DNA of 64,000 bases from Bifidobacterium breve. GTDB lineage: Bacteria > Actinomycetota > Thermoleophilia > Solirubrobacterales > Solirubrobacteraceae. Each line of letters opens with the position of its first letter. Within the stretch, counting starts at the first letter, position 1. The notes below the pieces were generated by a model. The model saw only the letters and a program-made list of their open reading frames with translations, searched no databases and was not told the origin of the DNA. Positions 10,632-19,736 of this stretch are shown here, piece by piece. The translations under genes and the position numbers were made by a program. The stretch covers positions 12,914-76,913 of the forward strand of contig CAMDBT010000004.1 in the NCBI GenBank assembly GCA_945889475.1. The letters are read 5' to 3'.

Positions 10632-10672
10632 AGCGCGAATCCTACGGCCTGCGGCCCCTAAGATCGCTCTCC

Positions 10673-11251
10673 GTGCCGACAGCCAAAGTCCAATCCAAGA
10701 GAGCGAGCGGCCTGCTCGCCAGAGCGCGCCGCCTCGACGCCTCGCTCTACGCCTCGATCGCCGCCAGCTCAACACCGGCGCTCGACCGCCCACTAACGCT
10801 GGTATCAGACGCCGCCAACCTGTCGAAGCCTTGGATCGCAAGCGCAGCCGCGCTTGCCCTTTTCGGCGGCCCGCGCGGGCGCCGCGCGGCGCTCTACGGG
10901 ATCGCCTCAATCACCGCGGCCTCGACCGTAGTCAACGTCGTGATCAAGCCACTGAGCCGCCGCCGCCGCCCAGACCGCGCGGCAATCGGAGTGATCGAGG
11001 CAAGGCACGTCTCGATGCCGACTTCGACCTCATTTCCGTCCGGCCACTCGGCCTCGGCATTTGCCTTCGCCGTCGGGGTCGGCCACGTGATGCCAACTGC
11101 CGGTGCGCTGCTGGCACTGCCAGCGGCAGCGGTTGCTTACTCGCGCATCCACACCGGCGTTCACTACCCAGCAGATGTGCTCGCTGGCAGCCTTGCCGGG
11201 GTTGTACTGGCGAAGCTGGCCTGCTCGGCGCTCGACCGCCACCGCGGCTGA
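10673..11251 (+). CDS. PAP2 superfamily phosphatase, membrane
   Basis: All three PAP2 motifs are present: KPLSRRRRP, PSGHS and SRIHTGVHYPADV. Confidence 0.8.
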   Translation: MPTAKVQSKRASGLLARARRLDASLYASIAASSTPALDRPLTLVSDAANLSKPWIASAAALALFGGPRGRRAALYGIASITAASTVVNVVIKPLSRRRRPDRAAIGVIEARHVSMPTSTSFPSGHSASAFAFAVGVGHVMPTAGALLALPAAAVAYSRIHTGVHYPADVLAGSLAGVVLAKLACSALDRHRG

Positions 11252-11256
11252 AGCAG

Positions 11257-12468
11257 CTACTCGGCGTAGCGGCTCAGCTCGCGCCGAGCGATAACCATCT
11301 TGTGGACCTCGTCTGGGCCGTCAGCGATCCGCAGCGTGCGTGCGCCTGCGTACATCGCCGCCAGTGGCGTGTCCTCGCTGACTCCGGCGCCGCCGTGAAT
11401 CTGAATTACGCGGTCGATCACGTCGCAGGTCATCCGCGGCACCACAACCTTGATCGCTGAGATCGCGTTGCGGGCAGCCTTGTTACCGGCCGTGTCCATC
11501 TGCCAGGCAGCGTCGATCGTCAGCAGACGCGCTTGATCGATCTCAATCCGGCTCTGGGCGATCGAATCCTGAACCACTCCCTGTTCGGCCAGTGTTTTGC
11601 GGAAAGCCTCGCGCGACAGCGCGCGCCGGCAGCCCATCTCCAGTGCTCGCTCGGCCATCCCGATCAGCCGCATGCAGTGGTGTATGCGGCCGGGGCCGAG
11701 CCGCGCCTGGCTCATCATGAAGCCGCCACCCTCCGGGCCAAGCAGGTTTGAAACCGGCACCCGAACGTCCTCAAACAGCAATTCGGAGTGTGTTTCGCGA
11801 TCGAGGTAGCCGAAGACTTTGAGGTTGCGCACGCGCGTTATGCCTGGGCTGTCTAGCGGCACGATCACCATGCTCTGCTGAGCGTGTGCGCGCGCCTCAG
11901 GGTCTGTCTTGCCCATCACGATTGAGAACTTGCAACTCTCGCGACCGGCACCGGAGCTCCACCACTTGCGGCCGTTGATGACGTACTCGTCGCGATCGCG
12001 AACAATTGAAGTTTCGATGTTGGTCGCGTCCGAGGAAGCAACCTCGGGCTCGGTCATCGAGAAGCAGGAGCGGATCTCGCCTTCGAGCAGCGGCCGCAGC
12101 CACTGTTGCTGCTGCTCCGGCGTGCCGAACTCGGTCAGCAGCTCCATGTTGCCGGTGTCTGGAGCCGAGCAGTTCATCGCCTCCGGCGCGAGGTGGATAG
12201 AGCGGCCGGAGATCTCGGCCAGCGGTGCGTAATCGAAGTTCGAAAGCCCTTCGGTCCACTCCGTCTTGTGCGGCAGGAAAAGGTTCCAGAGGCCGCGCTT
12301 GCGGGCCTCGACTTTTAGATCCTCAATGATCTGCGGGTGGTGCTCAGGCTTTTCGGCCGCTTCCATCTGCTGCTCGAAGATCGGCTCAGCCGGGTAGACG
12401 TGCTCGTCCATGAAGGCCAGCAGTTTCTCTTGAAGCTCTGCACCTTCGGGGCTGACCTCAAACGGCAT
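11257..12468 (-). CDS. acyl-CoA dehydrogenase, FadE2/ACAD10-11-like
   Basis: 403 aa. [34 protein letters not shown] and the C-terminal ADGPDEVH are typical of the ACAD10/11-type subfamily. Confidence 0.9.
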   Translation of the reverse strand: MPFEVSPEGAELQEKLLAFMDEHVYPAEPIFEQQMEAAEKPEHHPQIIEDLKVEARKRGLWNLFLPHKTEWTEGLSNFDYAPLAEISGRSIHLAPEAMNCSAPDTGNMELLTEFGTPEQQQQWLRPLLEGEIRSCFSMTEPEVASSDATNIETSIVRDRDEYVINGRKWWSSGAGRESCKFSIVMGKTDPEARAHAQQSMVIVPLDSPGITRVRNLKVFGYLDRETHSELLFEDVRVPVSNLLGPEGGGFMMSQARLGPGRIHHCMRLIGMAERALEMGCRRALSREAFRKTLAEQGVVQDSIAQSRIEIDQARLLTIDAAWQMDTAGNKAARNAISAIKVVVPRMTCDVIDRVIQIHGGAGVSEDTPLAAMYAGARTLRIADGPDEVHKMVIARRELSRYAE

Positions 12469-13487
12469 CAGGAAGCTCCTGCCGCTGCCAACGACGCTGC
12501 CGTGAGCTGGGTGACGCGAGCCCGATGTTCGCTGGCGCCGCCGAGCATCGCCGCATCGAGCTGCGCCCGCTTGAAGAACCAGTGCACATCGGCCTCCCAG
12601 GTGAAGCCGATCCCGCCGTGAATCTGAATCGAGGAAGCGGTCACCGAGAGCGCTGCTTCGGACGCTGCAGCCTTGGCGATCGCCGAAGCGAAAGCCAGCT
12701 GAGAGCGGTCGGCGTCGGCCGCCCAGCCGCCAAAGTATGTCGCCGAACGGGCGCCCTCTGTCTCCAGCAGCATCTGCGCGCAGCGGTGCGAGACGGCTTG
12801 GAAGGCGCCGATCGGCGTGTCGAACTGCTTCCGTTCCTTCGCGTATTCGATTGCCATCTCCATCGTCCGCTGAGCAATCCCAACCATCTCGGCCGAGAGC
12901 GCAACCTCCGCAGCGGCGAGTGCGCTGGCAACATCGCCGCTCAACGGCTCGCCGCCGCTGGCAGTCACGCGCGCATAACGGCGAGTCGGGTCGATCGTCG
13001 CCAACGGCTCAACCTGCGCGTCGGCGCGGGCAACCAGCGTCGCCTCGTTGCCCTCAACCAGAACGATTACCGCTGCGCCGTCGGCGTCCGCAACCACCTC
13101 GCCGGAGCCGCCGTCGGCAATCGTGACCGTCGCTGTTGCCTCGCCGGAGGCGATCCCGGGAAGCCACTTGGCGCGCTGCTCGTCGCTGCCACAGTGCTCG
13201 ATCATCAACCCACCAAGCGCGTTGGCGAGGAACGGTGAGGCTGCAAGCGCGTAGCCCAGCTCCTCGCAAAGAATCATCAGCTCGACGACGCCTAAACCGG
13301 CTCCGCCATATTGCTCATCGATCGCGATCCCGCTCCAGCCGAGTTCGCGCAGCTCGGTGAAGAGCGACTCGTCATAGGCCTCGGCCTCGGCCGCTTCGCG
13401 GACCTGTTCAAGCCCCGAGCGCTTCGCCAGCAGCTCGCGCGCAGTGCGCTTGATCTCGTGCTGGTCCTCTGTGAAGTCGAAGTTCAT
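12468..13487 (-). CDS. acyl-CoA dehydrogenase family protein, apparently lacking the catalytic Glu (candidate beta subunit)
   Basis: 339 aa with an ACAD fold ([12 protein letters not shown]). The position of the usual YEGT catalytic base reads LGGAS. Overlaps the downstream ACAD start by 1 nt. Confidence 0.85.
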   Translation of the reverse strand: MNFDFTEDQHEIKRTARELLAKRSGLEQVREAAEAEAYDESLFTELRELGWSGIAIDEQYGGAGLGVVELMILCEELGYALAASPFLANALGGLMIEHCGSDEQRAKWLPGIASGEATATVTIADGGSGEVVADADGAAVIVLVEGNEATLVARADAQVEPLATIDPTRRYARVTASGGEPLSGDVASALAAAEVALSAEMVGIAQRTMEMAIEYAKERKQFDTPIGAFQAVSHRCAQMLLETEGARSATYFGGWAADADRSQLAFASAIAKAAASEAALSVTASSIQIHGGIGFTWEADVHWFFKRAQLDAAMLGGASEHRARVTQLTAASLAAAGAS

Positions 13488-13497
13488 CGCCCGCTAC

Positions 13498-14634
13498 CTA
13501 CTTCTTCCTCGGAAGGCCAAGCACACGCTCAGCGATGATGTTCTTCAGGACCTCCGTCGTGCCGCCCTCGATCGAGTTGCCGCGCGAGCGCAGCATCGAA
13601 CGGCCCCAGCTTGATCCACCGACCAACACCTGTGGCCCAAGCGCCCGGGTTGCGAACTGCATCAGCTCTTGGTTGCCCTGAGACCACATCCACTTCGTCA
13701 GCGATCCTTCCGGGCCAGGCTGGCCGTACTTCATCGTTGCCGTCAGACCGCGGTAAGCGGTCAAGCGCAGAATCTCACACTTGATGCGCAGCTCGCCGAG
13801 CTCGTCGGCGATCAACGGATCATCGAGCTTGCCGCAGGCGGCAAGCTCCTCGGTCAGCTCATCGAGCGCAACCTTCATTCCAACCTGCAGCCCGAAGGCG
13901 AGGCCGGCGCGCTCGTTCATCAGCGTCGTCAAGGCGACGGTCCAACCGTTTCCTACACCGCCGACCACGTTGGCGGCGGGGATCCTGGCGTTCTCGAGGA
14001 ACAGCTCGTTGAACTCAGGGTCGCCGGTGATCTGGCGCAGCGGCCGAACTTCAACTCCCTCCTGCTCCATGTCAAGGATGAAATAAGTCAGCCCCTTGTG
14101 CTTGGGGGCGTCGAAATCGGTCCGCGCCACCAGCATGCACCACTTCGAGTACTGGGCGCCGCTGGTCCAAACCTTCTGGCCTGTGACGAGCCAGTCATCT
14201 CCATCGCGGACGGCCTTCGACTTCAGCGACGCGAGGTCAGAGCCGGCCTCAGGCTCAGAGAAGCCTTGGCACCAGATCTCGTCGCCCGACATGATCGGAT
14301 CGAGGTAGCGCTGCTTCTGCTCGTCGTCTCCCCAAATCATCAAGGTCGGACCAGCTAGCAGGAGGCCTAGAACGTTGGCCGGGAACGGTGCACGGGCGCG
14401 GGCCAGCTCCTCGTTGAAGATCGCGGCCTCGACGAGCGTCGCGTCGCGCCCGCCGTACTCGGTCGGCCAATGAACTGCGGCCCAGCCTGCTTCGTAAAGC
14501 TGGCGCTGCCAACCGCGGCGAAAGGCGTAGCCCTCATCCTCTCCGGCCGGCTCTTCGCCCGGATGATTGGCCGTGATCCAAGCGCGCAGTTCGTCGCGGA
14601 ACGCGCTCTCGGACTCGTTGAATGTCAGATCCAT
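13498..14634 (-). CDS. acyl-CoA dehydrogenase (candidate alpha subunit)
   Basis: 378 aa with an ACAD middle domain (CQGFSEPEAGSD, WLVTGQKVWTS) and the catalytic-base region IEGGTTEV. Confidence 0.9.
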   Translation of the reverse strand: MDLTFNESESAFRDELRAWITANHPGEEPAGEDEGYAFRRGWQRQLYEAGWAAVHWPTEYGGRDATLVEAAIFNEELARARAPFPANVLGLLLAGPTLMIWGDDEQKQRYLDPIMSGDEIWCQGFSEPEAGSDLASLKSKAVRDGDDWLVTGQKVWTSGAQYSKWCMLVARTDFDAPKHKGLTYFILDMEQEGVEVRPLRQITGDPEFNELFLENARIPAANVVGGVGNGWTVALTTLMNERAGLAFGLQVGMKVALDELTEELAACGKLDDPLIADELGELRIKCEILRLTAYRGLTATMKYGQPGPEGSLTKWMWSQGNQELMQFATRALGPQVLVGGSSWGRSMLRSRGNSIEGGTTEVLKNIIAERVLGLPRKK

Positions 14635-14721
14635 CGGGCTCCGATCGAGGTCGCTGGAGCTGACCTTACCGAACGGTCAGTTAGGTCGCGGCGCGCCACC
14701 GCTCGGCACTGGGGCGGTTGC

Positions 14722-16299
14722 TCAAGCCTGTTCGCGGATCAGGTCGGCGGCGCGTTCGGCGACCATGATCGTCGGAGCGTTGGTGTTGCCGCCCGGGATC
14801 AGCGGCATGATCGAAGCGTCAACCACGCGCAGTCCTTCGATACCGCGCACGCGCGTCAGCGGATCAACCACAGCGCCTTCGTCGCTGCCCATACGGCAGG
14901 TACCGACCGGGTGGTAGATCGTCTCCACGCGGCGGCGCAGGTCGGCAGCGATGTCGTCGTCGTCGGTCACCGGCGCACCGGGAAGAAGCTCGACGCCGCA
15001 AAGTTCCTTCAGCGGCCCGCTGGCCGCAATCTCGCGCGCGATTTTCACTCCGGCGACCATCGACGCAACGTCCTCGGGCTCGACCAGCATGTTGGTCAAA
15101 ATCCGCGGCGCCGCGGTCGGGTCGGCTGACCGTAGCTTGAGATGGCCGCGGCTTTTCGGTGAGACGAGCACCGGGGCGATCGTCAGCGCATGGCCGTCGT
15201 AGGTCGTGGCGCCGTGATCGACGAAGTAGGCCGGAGCGAAATGGAACTGCAGGTCGGGCGCTGGCAGGCCAGGGCGACTGCGGACGAAGGCAAACGCTTC
15301 GGCGACGCTCGATGACAGCGGTCCGCTGCGGCGAAGCAACCACTCCAGCATCGCCTTCGGCTTCTCAGCGTCGGCCAGCGAACCCCCGCCCGGGAGATCC
15401 CATGTGCAGACCAGTGACGGATGGTCGTGGAGGTTTGCGCCGACGCCGGGAAGGTCGTGGCGCAGCTCGACGCCAACCTCGGCAAGGTGGTCGGCTGGCC
15501 CGATCCCCGAAACCATCAGAATCTGCGGCGAGCCGATCGCGCCAGCGGCGAGGATCACGTCGCGCGAAGCGGTGATCCGCTGCTCGCGGCCGCGGCGGTC
15601 GAGATAACTGACTCCGACGGCGCGCTTGCCAGCCAACTCAACACGCTGCACCGTGGCGCCGGTGATCACTTCGAGGTTTTCGCGTCCTTTGACCGGCGTC
15701 AGATAAGCGTCGGCGGTGCTCCAGCGCCGCCCGCCGCGCTGCGTCACTTGAGCTTCGGCGACGCCGTCCTGCTCAGGGCCGTTGTAATCGGCAATGAAGG
15801 GTATTCCGGTTGCCTCGGCGCTGGCGATGAAGTCGCGCGTCAGCGCGCGCGGCGAGCGGGCGTCCTCGACCCGCTGCGGGCCGCCGACACCGTGGTGCTC
15901 CGAAGCGCCGCGCGAGTTGTCCTCCGACCTCAGGAAGTACGGCTGCACGTCACGCCAACCCCAGCCTGGGCAGCCTTCCGCCTCCCAGAGGTCGTAGTCG
16001 AGCGGACGGCCGCGCACGTAGAGCATCGCGTTCATGGCGCTTGAGCCGCCAAGACCCTTGCCGCGCGGGACGAAAATCTCGCGGCCGTCACAGCCAGGCT
16101 CGGGATCGGTTTCGAATGCCCAGTCGCGCTTGCTGCGGAACTGCTCGGCGAAGGCGGCAGGGATCATTACGCTCGGGTGGCGGTTGGAGCCGCCGGCCTC
16201 GAGCAGAGCGACCTTCACGGCGGGATCTTCCGAGAGGCGATTGGCCAGCACACAGCCGGCCGAACCCGCTCCAACAATTAGGTAATCGGCGTCGCTCAT
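14722..16299 (-). CDS. GMC family oxidoreductase (choline dehydrogenase-like)
   Basis: FAD motif DYLIVGAGSAGCVLANRLSED and the GMC C-terminal region (HPVGTCRMG). I trimmed to ATG at 16299, since the upstream 84 codons of the ORF-track ORF are unlikely to be coding. Confidence 0.85.
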   Translation of the reverse strand: MSDADYLIVGAGSAGCVLANRLSEDPAVKVALLEAGGSNRHPSVMIPAAFAEQFRSKRDWAFETDPEPGCDGREIFVPRGKGLGGSSAMNAMLYVRGRPLDYDLWEAEGCPGWGWRDVQPYFLRSEDNSRGASEHHGVGGPQRVEDARSPRALTRDFIASAEATGIPFIADYNGPEQDGVAEAQVTQRGGRRWSTADAYLTPVKGRENLEVITGATVQRVELAGKRAVGVSYLDRRGREQRITASRDVILAAGAIGSPQILMVSGIGPADHLAEVGVELRHDLPGVGANLHDHPSLVCTWDLPGGGSLADAEKPKAMLEWLLRRSGPLSSSVAEAFAFVRSRPGLPAPDLQFHFAPAYFVDHGATTYDGHALTIAPVLVSPKSRGHLKLRSADPTAAPRILTNMLVEPEDVASMVAGVKIAREIAASGPLKELCGVELLPGAPVTDDDDIAADLRRRVETIYHPVGTCRMGSDEGAVVDPLTRVRGIEGLRVVDASIMPLIPGGNTNAPTIMVAERAADLIREQA

Positions 16300-16365
16300 T
16301 TGCGCATCTTCACCGAACCGCGAGCTAAGCGCCAGCGCGTCACCGCGGCGGGCTACCTTGAACAG

Positions 16366-18534
16366 GTGGAGCTGGCAGACCAGAGAGCCAACGTGGAGCT
16401 GCGTCGCAGCGACGAAAACGGTGAGATCGTCGTGCTCGCTTTCCCCTACGACGCCCAGATCGTCGAGCTTGTGAGAGCGATTCCGCAGCGCCGCTTCGAC
16501 TGGGATCGGCGCGAGTGGTGGGCGCCGACCGACGATTGGGCTGCGCTGCACGTGGCCGACGTACTGGCCCGCTTCCCCGAGCTGACAGCAAGCAAGGAAG
16601 TTGACACGTGGATTCGAGCGGTCGAGCGGCGCTGGATCGGGATCGTCAGCACGCGCCGCTACGACGGTCGGGGCTGGTGGGCGCTGACAACGCGCGCCGG
16701 AGCTCTGCCAGCCGAACTACTCGAGGGTTCGGTTGAGGTCGAGGACGGCGACGTGTTGGTTGAGCTGACGCAGGCCAACGCCGCGGTGATCAGTGCGCAG
16801 CGCTCGGCGCGGCTCGACGCTGGCGCTGCGCGCTGTCTGTCCGAGCTTGAGCTTGGCCGCCAGCCTCCACCAGCCCAGCTCGAGCTGATCAAGCGAGTTG
16901 ACGCTGATTACCTGCGCCTCAACGTGCTTTGGGATCGCGAGACGGGAATCGCGTTTGAGCGGTTGCCGGCCTCGGCGGGAACGCGGACCGTGCCGATCGA
17001 CCCGTGGCTGGTTGAACAGCTCGACGAGTTCATCGCGCGCCACGAGGTTGGAGTGATCGGCGAAGCCGGCCCGGTGCTGGCCAGATTGCGCGAGCAGCAC
17101 TCTGAGGCGGCGGTCGCGGTGAAGCACTCGAAGGCGACCAGCGCAGAGCCGATCGCCTGGCTTGCGGAGAAACTCGGCGGCACGCTGGAACCATTCCAGT
17201 GGGCCGGCGTCCGTTACGCGCTTGCGGCGCGCCGCACGTTGATCGCCGATGAGCAAGGGCTAGGCAAAACGATTGAGGCACTGGCAACGGTCGAAGCAGA
17301 CGACGCCTACCCGGTAGTTGTCGTCTGCCCAGCTTCGATCAAGCTGGTCTGGGCGCGCGAGGCTGAGCGCTGGCTTCCGCATCGTTCGTTCGCCGTCGTT
17401 GAGGGCCGCTCGGCGGTGCCGCCACAGGCCGAGATCACAATCCTCAACTACGAGATCGTCGCCGCTCACGGCGAGCAGCTAGCGCGGCGTAATCCACAGG
17501 CGCTGATCGTCGATGAATCGCACTACTGCAAGAACCCGCGCGCCAAACGGACTCAAGCTGTACGCCGCCTGGCGAGCGTGATTCCCGACGACGGACTGCG
17601 CCTCGCGCTGACCGGCACGCCGGTGCTCAACCACGCCGAGGAGCTAGTCGCGCAGCTGCGCGTGATTGGGAGGCTCGACGACTTCGGCTCCGGCGCCCAG
17701 TTCGCCCGCCGCTTCGGCCCCGACCACTCGCGCAGCGAAGAACGACTCCACTGGCACCTCAGGCGCCACTGTTTCCTGCGCCGCGTCAAAGCCGACGTGC
17801 TGACGCAGCTACCGGCCAAACGCCGCAGCATCGTGCCAATTGCGCTGACAAACCGCGCCGAGTACCGCAAGGCCGAGACCGACATCATCGCCTGGCTGCG
17901 CGACCAGCCGCTCGACCTCAGCGAACTGGACGCCAAGATCGCCGCCACGTTGCGGGCCGAACGGCTCGCCCAGCTTGGCATTCTGCAGCGGCTCGCCGGT
18001 AGCGGCAAGCTCGACGGCGCGCTCGGATGGATCCACGACTTCCTCGCTTCCGACGAAGCGCTAGTCGTCTTCGCCCGCCACCGCGAGGTGCAGCAGGCCG
18101 TGATCGAACGCTTCCCCGACGGTGTCCACCTCGTCGGCAGTGACAGCGCCGCAGCGCGCCAGCGAGCAATCGACGCCTTTCAAGAGCCGGACGGGCCGCA
18201 GCTGATCGTCTGCGCGACTCGCGTCGCGGCGCAGGGGATCACGCTGACGCGAGCCTCGAACGTCGCCTTCCTTGAGCTCGAATGGACGCCGGCGATGCAC
18301 GAGCAGGCCGAGGACCGCTGCCACCGGATCGGCCAGCGCGACGCCGTTACGGCCTGGTACCTGCTGGCGGCGGAGACGATCGATGAGCGGATGTCGCGGC
18401 TGCTCGAGCGCAAGCGCGCGAGCATCGCCGCGGTAACCGACGGCAAGCAGATTGACGGCGACAGCATCGTTGAGGCGATCGTGCGTGAGCTGCGCGAAGG
18501 CGAGCCGTTCCGGCGACTTCGCTCAGTCGCTTGA
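16366..18534 (+). CDS. SNF2-family DEAD/H helicase-like ATPase with HARP-like N-terminal domain
   Basis: Walker A-like motif ADEQGLGKT, DExH box DESHYCKN, helicase C motifs (AQGITLT, DRCHRIGQ). The N-terminus contains VLAFPYDAQIVELVRAIPQRRFDWDRREWWAP. The start is uncertain: the ORF opens at 16300, with in-frame GTGs at 16366 and 16393. Confidence 0.85.
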   Translation: MELADQRANVELRRSDENGEIVVLAFPYDAQIVELVRAIPQRRFDWDRREWWAPTDDWAALHVADVLARFPELTASKEVDTWIRAVERRWIGIVSTRRYDGRGWWALTTRAGALPAELLEGSVEVEDGDVLVELTQANAAVISAQRSARLDAGAARCLSELELGRQPPPAQLELIKRVDADYLRLNVLWDRETGIAFERLPASAGTRTVPIDPWLVEQLDEFIARHEVGVIGEAGPVLARLREQHSEAAVAVKHSKATSAEPIAWLAEKLGGTLEPFQWAGVRYALAARRTLIADEQGLGKTIEALATVEADDAYPVVVVCPASIKLVWAREAERWLPHRSFAVVEGRSAVPPQAEITILNYEIVAAHGEQLARRNPQALIVDESHYCKNPRAKRTQAVRRLASVIPDDGLRLALTGTPVLNHAEELVAQLRVIGRLDDFGSGAQFARRFGPDHSRSEERLHWHLRRHCFLRRVKADVLTQLPAKRRSIVPIALTNRAEYRKAETDIIAWLRDQPLDLSELDAKIAATLRAERLAQLGILQRLAGSGKLDGALGWIHDFLASDEALVVFARHREVQQAVIERFPDGVHLVGSDSAAARQRAIDAFQEPDGPQLIVCATRVAAQGITLTRASNVAFLELEWTPAMHEQAEDRCHRIGQRDAVTAWYLLAAETIDERMSRLLERKRASIAAVTDGKQIDGDSIVEAIVRELREGEPFRRLRSVA

Positions 18535-19620
18535 CTCGGCTGCGGCCTCCCCCGCCAGCTTCTTCTGCTTCGGCGGCTGCTTGATCGCCACGCCGGATCG
18601 ATGGAGCAGGTACATCGCGGTGAGCCCAACAAGGTTGACGATCCAGAAGCTGATCACGCGGTAGGCGATGACGGCCAAGGCGGCGAGCGTGGCGTTCACG
18701 CCGAGCGCGGTCAGGATCGCGGTCTCTGCGACCTCGACGATACCGATCCCGCCAGGGGTGATCGGAATTGTCGCCAACAGCCTCCCGACCGTCGAAGCGA
18801 GTAGAACCGCGCCAACGTGTGGCGTCTGGTTGAGCCCCCAGAGCATCGCGTAGAGAACTGCGGTGTCGAGAACCCAATATGAGACTGAGAAGGCGACCGT
18901 CGCCCAGGCTCGGCGGCCGCGCAGCAGCTGCTGCGACTGCAGCGCGATCGCCTCGGCGCGGCTGCGCACGTGGCGCGCGTCGACGCTCTTGACGACGCGC
19001 TCCGCCAACGCGGCTGCGCCGCCGGCGAGCGAGCCTGCGATCTTCGGCCAGATGATCGCAGCCGCCAGCGCGGCGAGGCCGACGATAAGAAACGGCATCC
19101 CGATCGCTACCGCGTTTACGTAACCGGACGAGCTATCGGACTGCCCAGAGGAAAGCCCAAAGCCGATCACGAAAAGGACAACAAGAGTCATTATCGAGAG
19201 CGCCTTCGTCAGCGTCGCCGCCGTCGCCGCTTCAGCAGGCGCGACGTTGCGTTTGCGTAGCGCGTCGGCAACCATCACCGTCGCCGTCACCGAGCCGCCC
19301 GGAAGGAGGACGGCGACGGCCATCTGCGCGTACCAAACCTGCCCTAACACCCAGTCCGGTGGCGGCGGCTGTTTGAGCGCTTCAAGCGAGCGCTTCAGGA
19401 CCAACATGCCGCACAGCTGAGCGGCGAATTCCAACGCCAGCCCAATCACCAGCGCGTACGGATGAACCTGCTCCAAGCTCTCGCGAGCCTGCTGTGGCAT
19501 CTTCGTCAGCGTCGGCAGCAGCGTGTAAACGACGCCAGCGATCACGAGCAGCCAAGTGATCCGCCAGACAAGGCGCCAGTTGATCCTCCTTATCAGCGTC
19601 GCTGCATCGGTCATCGCCAT
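18523..19620 (-). CDS. integral membrane protein, flippase-like / LPG-synthase TM-region (UPF0104) family
   Basis: 365 aa with about 8 TM segments and the motif IPITPGGIGIVE typical of this family. Its 3' end overlaps the convergent SNF2 gene by 12 nt. Confidence 0.6.
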   Translation of the reverse strand: MAMTDAATLIRRINWRLVWRITWLLVIAGVVYTLLPTLTKMPQQARESLEQVHPYALVIGLALEFAAQLCGMLVLKRSLEALKQPPPPDWVLGQVWYAQMAVAVLLPGGSVTATVMVADALRKRNVAPAEAATAATLTKALSIMTLVVLFVIGFGLSSGQSDSSSGYVNAVAIGMPFLIVGLAALAAAIIWPKIAGSLAGGAAALAERVVKSVDARHVRSRAEAIALQSQQLLRGRRAWATVAFSVSYWVLDTAVLYAMLWGLNQTPHVGAVLLASTVGRLLATIPITPGGIGIVEVAETAILTALGVNATLAALAVIAYRVISFWIVNLVGLTAMYLLHRSGVAIKQPPKQKKLAGEAAAESSD

Positions 19621-19736
19621 TTTCCGCCGATCACGCTACCGGCAGCGCCACTGCGAGCGGCGCGCGCTTCGCTCGGGCGCAGTAAAGTGAATTGACGAGT
19701 TGGCTTTTAGGTCAACGTTTTCCAATTTGGGGAGTG

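Noticed and set aside
10632-10910. 93-codon Arg-rich N-terminal extension of the histidine phosphatase ORF. Analogous extensions occur at 16300-16551, 27643-27783, 51105-51230, 36237-36665 and 57909-58064.
   Set aside because: The extensions lack family similarity and are Arg-rich. They overlap neighbouring genes or promoters. Each precedes an internal start that gives a canonical N-terminus or signal peptide.
14660-14680. Hairpin CTGACC-N9-GGTCAG downstream of the GMC oxidoreductase gene as an intrinsic terminator. A similar 5-bp hairpin lies at about 22494-22510.
   Set aside because: The stems are short (5-6 bp) and no U-tract follows on the transcribed strand. Such hairpins arise easily by chance in GC-rich DNA.
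16300-18534. SNF2 helicase as part of a phage-defence system (DISARM-, BREX- or Zorya-like)
   Set aside because: No adjacent methyltransferase, PLD/nuclease, DUF1998, or other large ATPase or membrane motor components. The neighbours are a GMC oxidoreductase and a lipid-related membrane protein.
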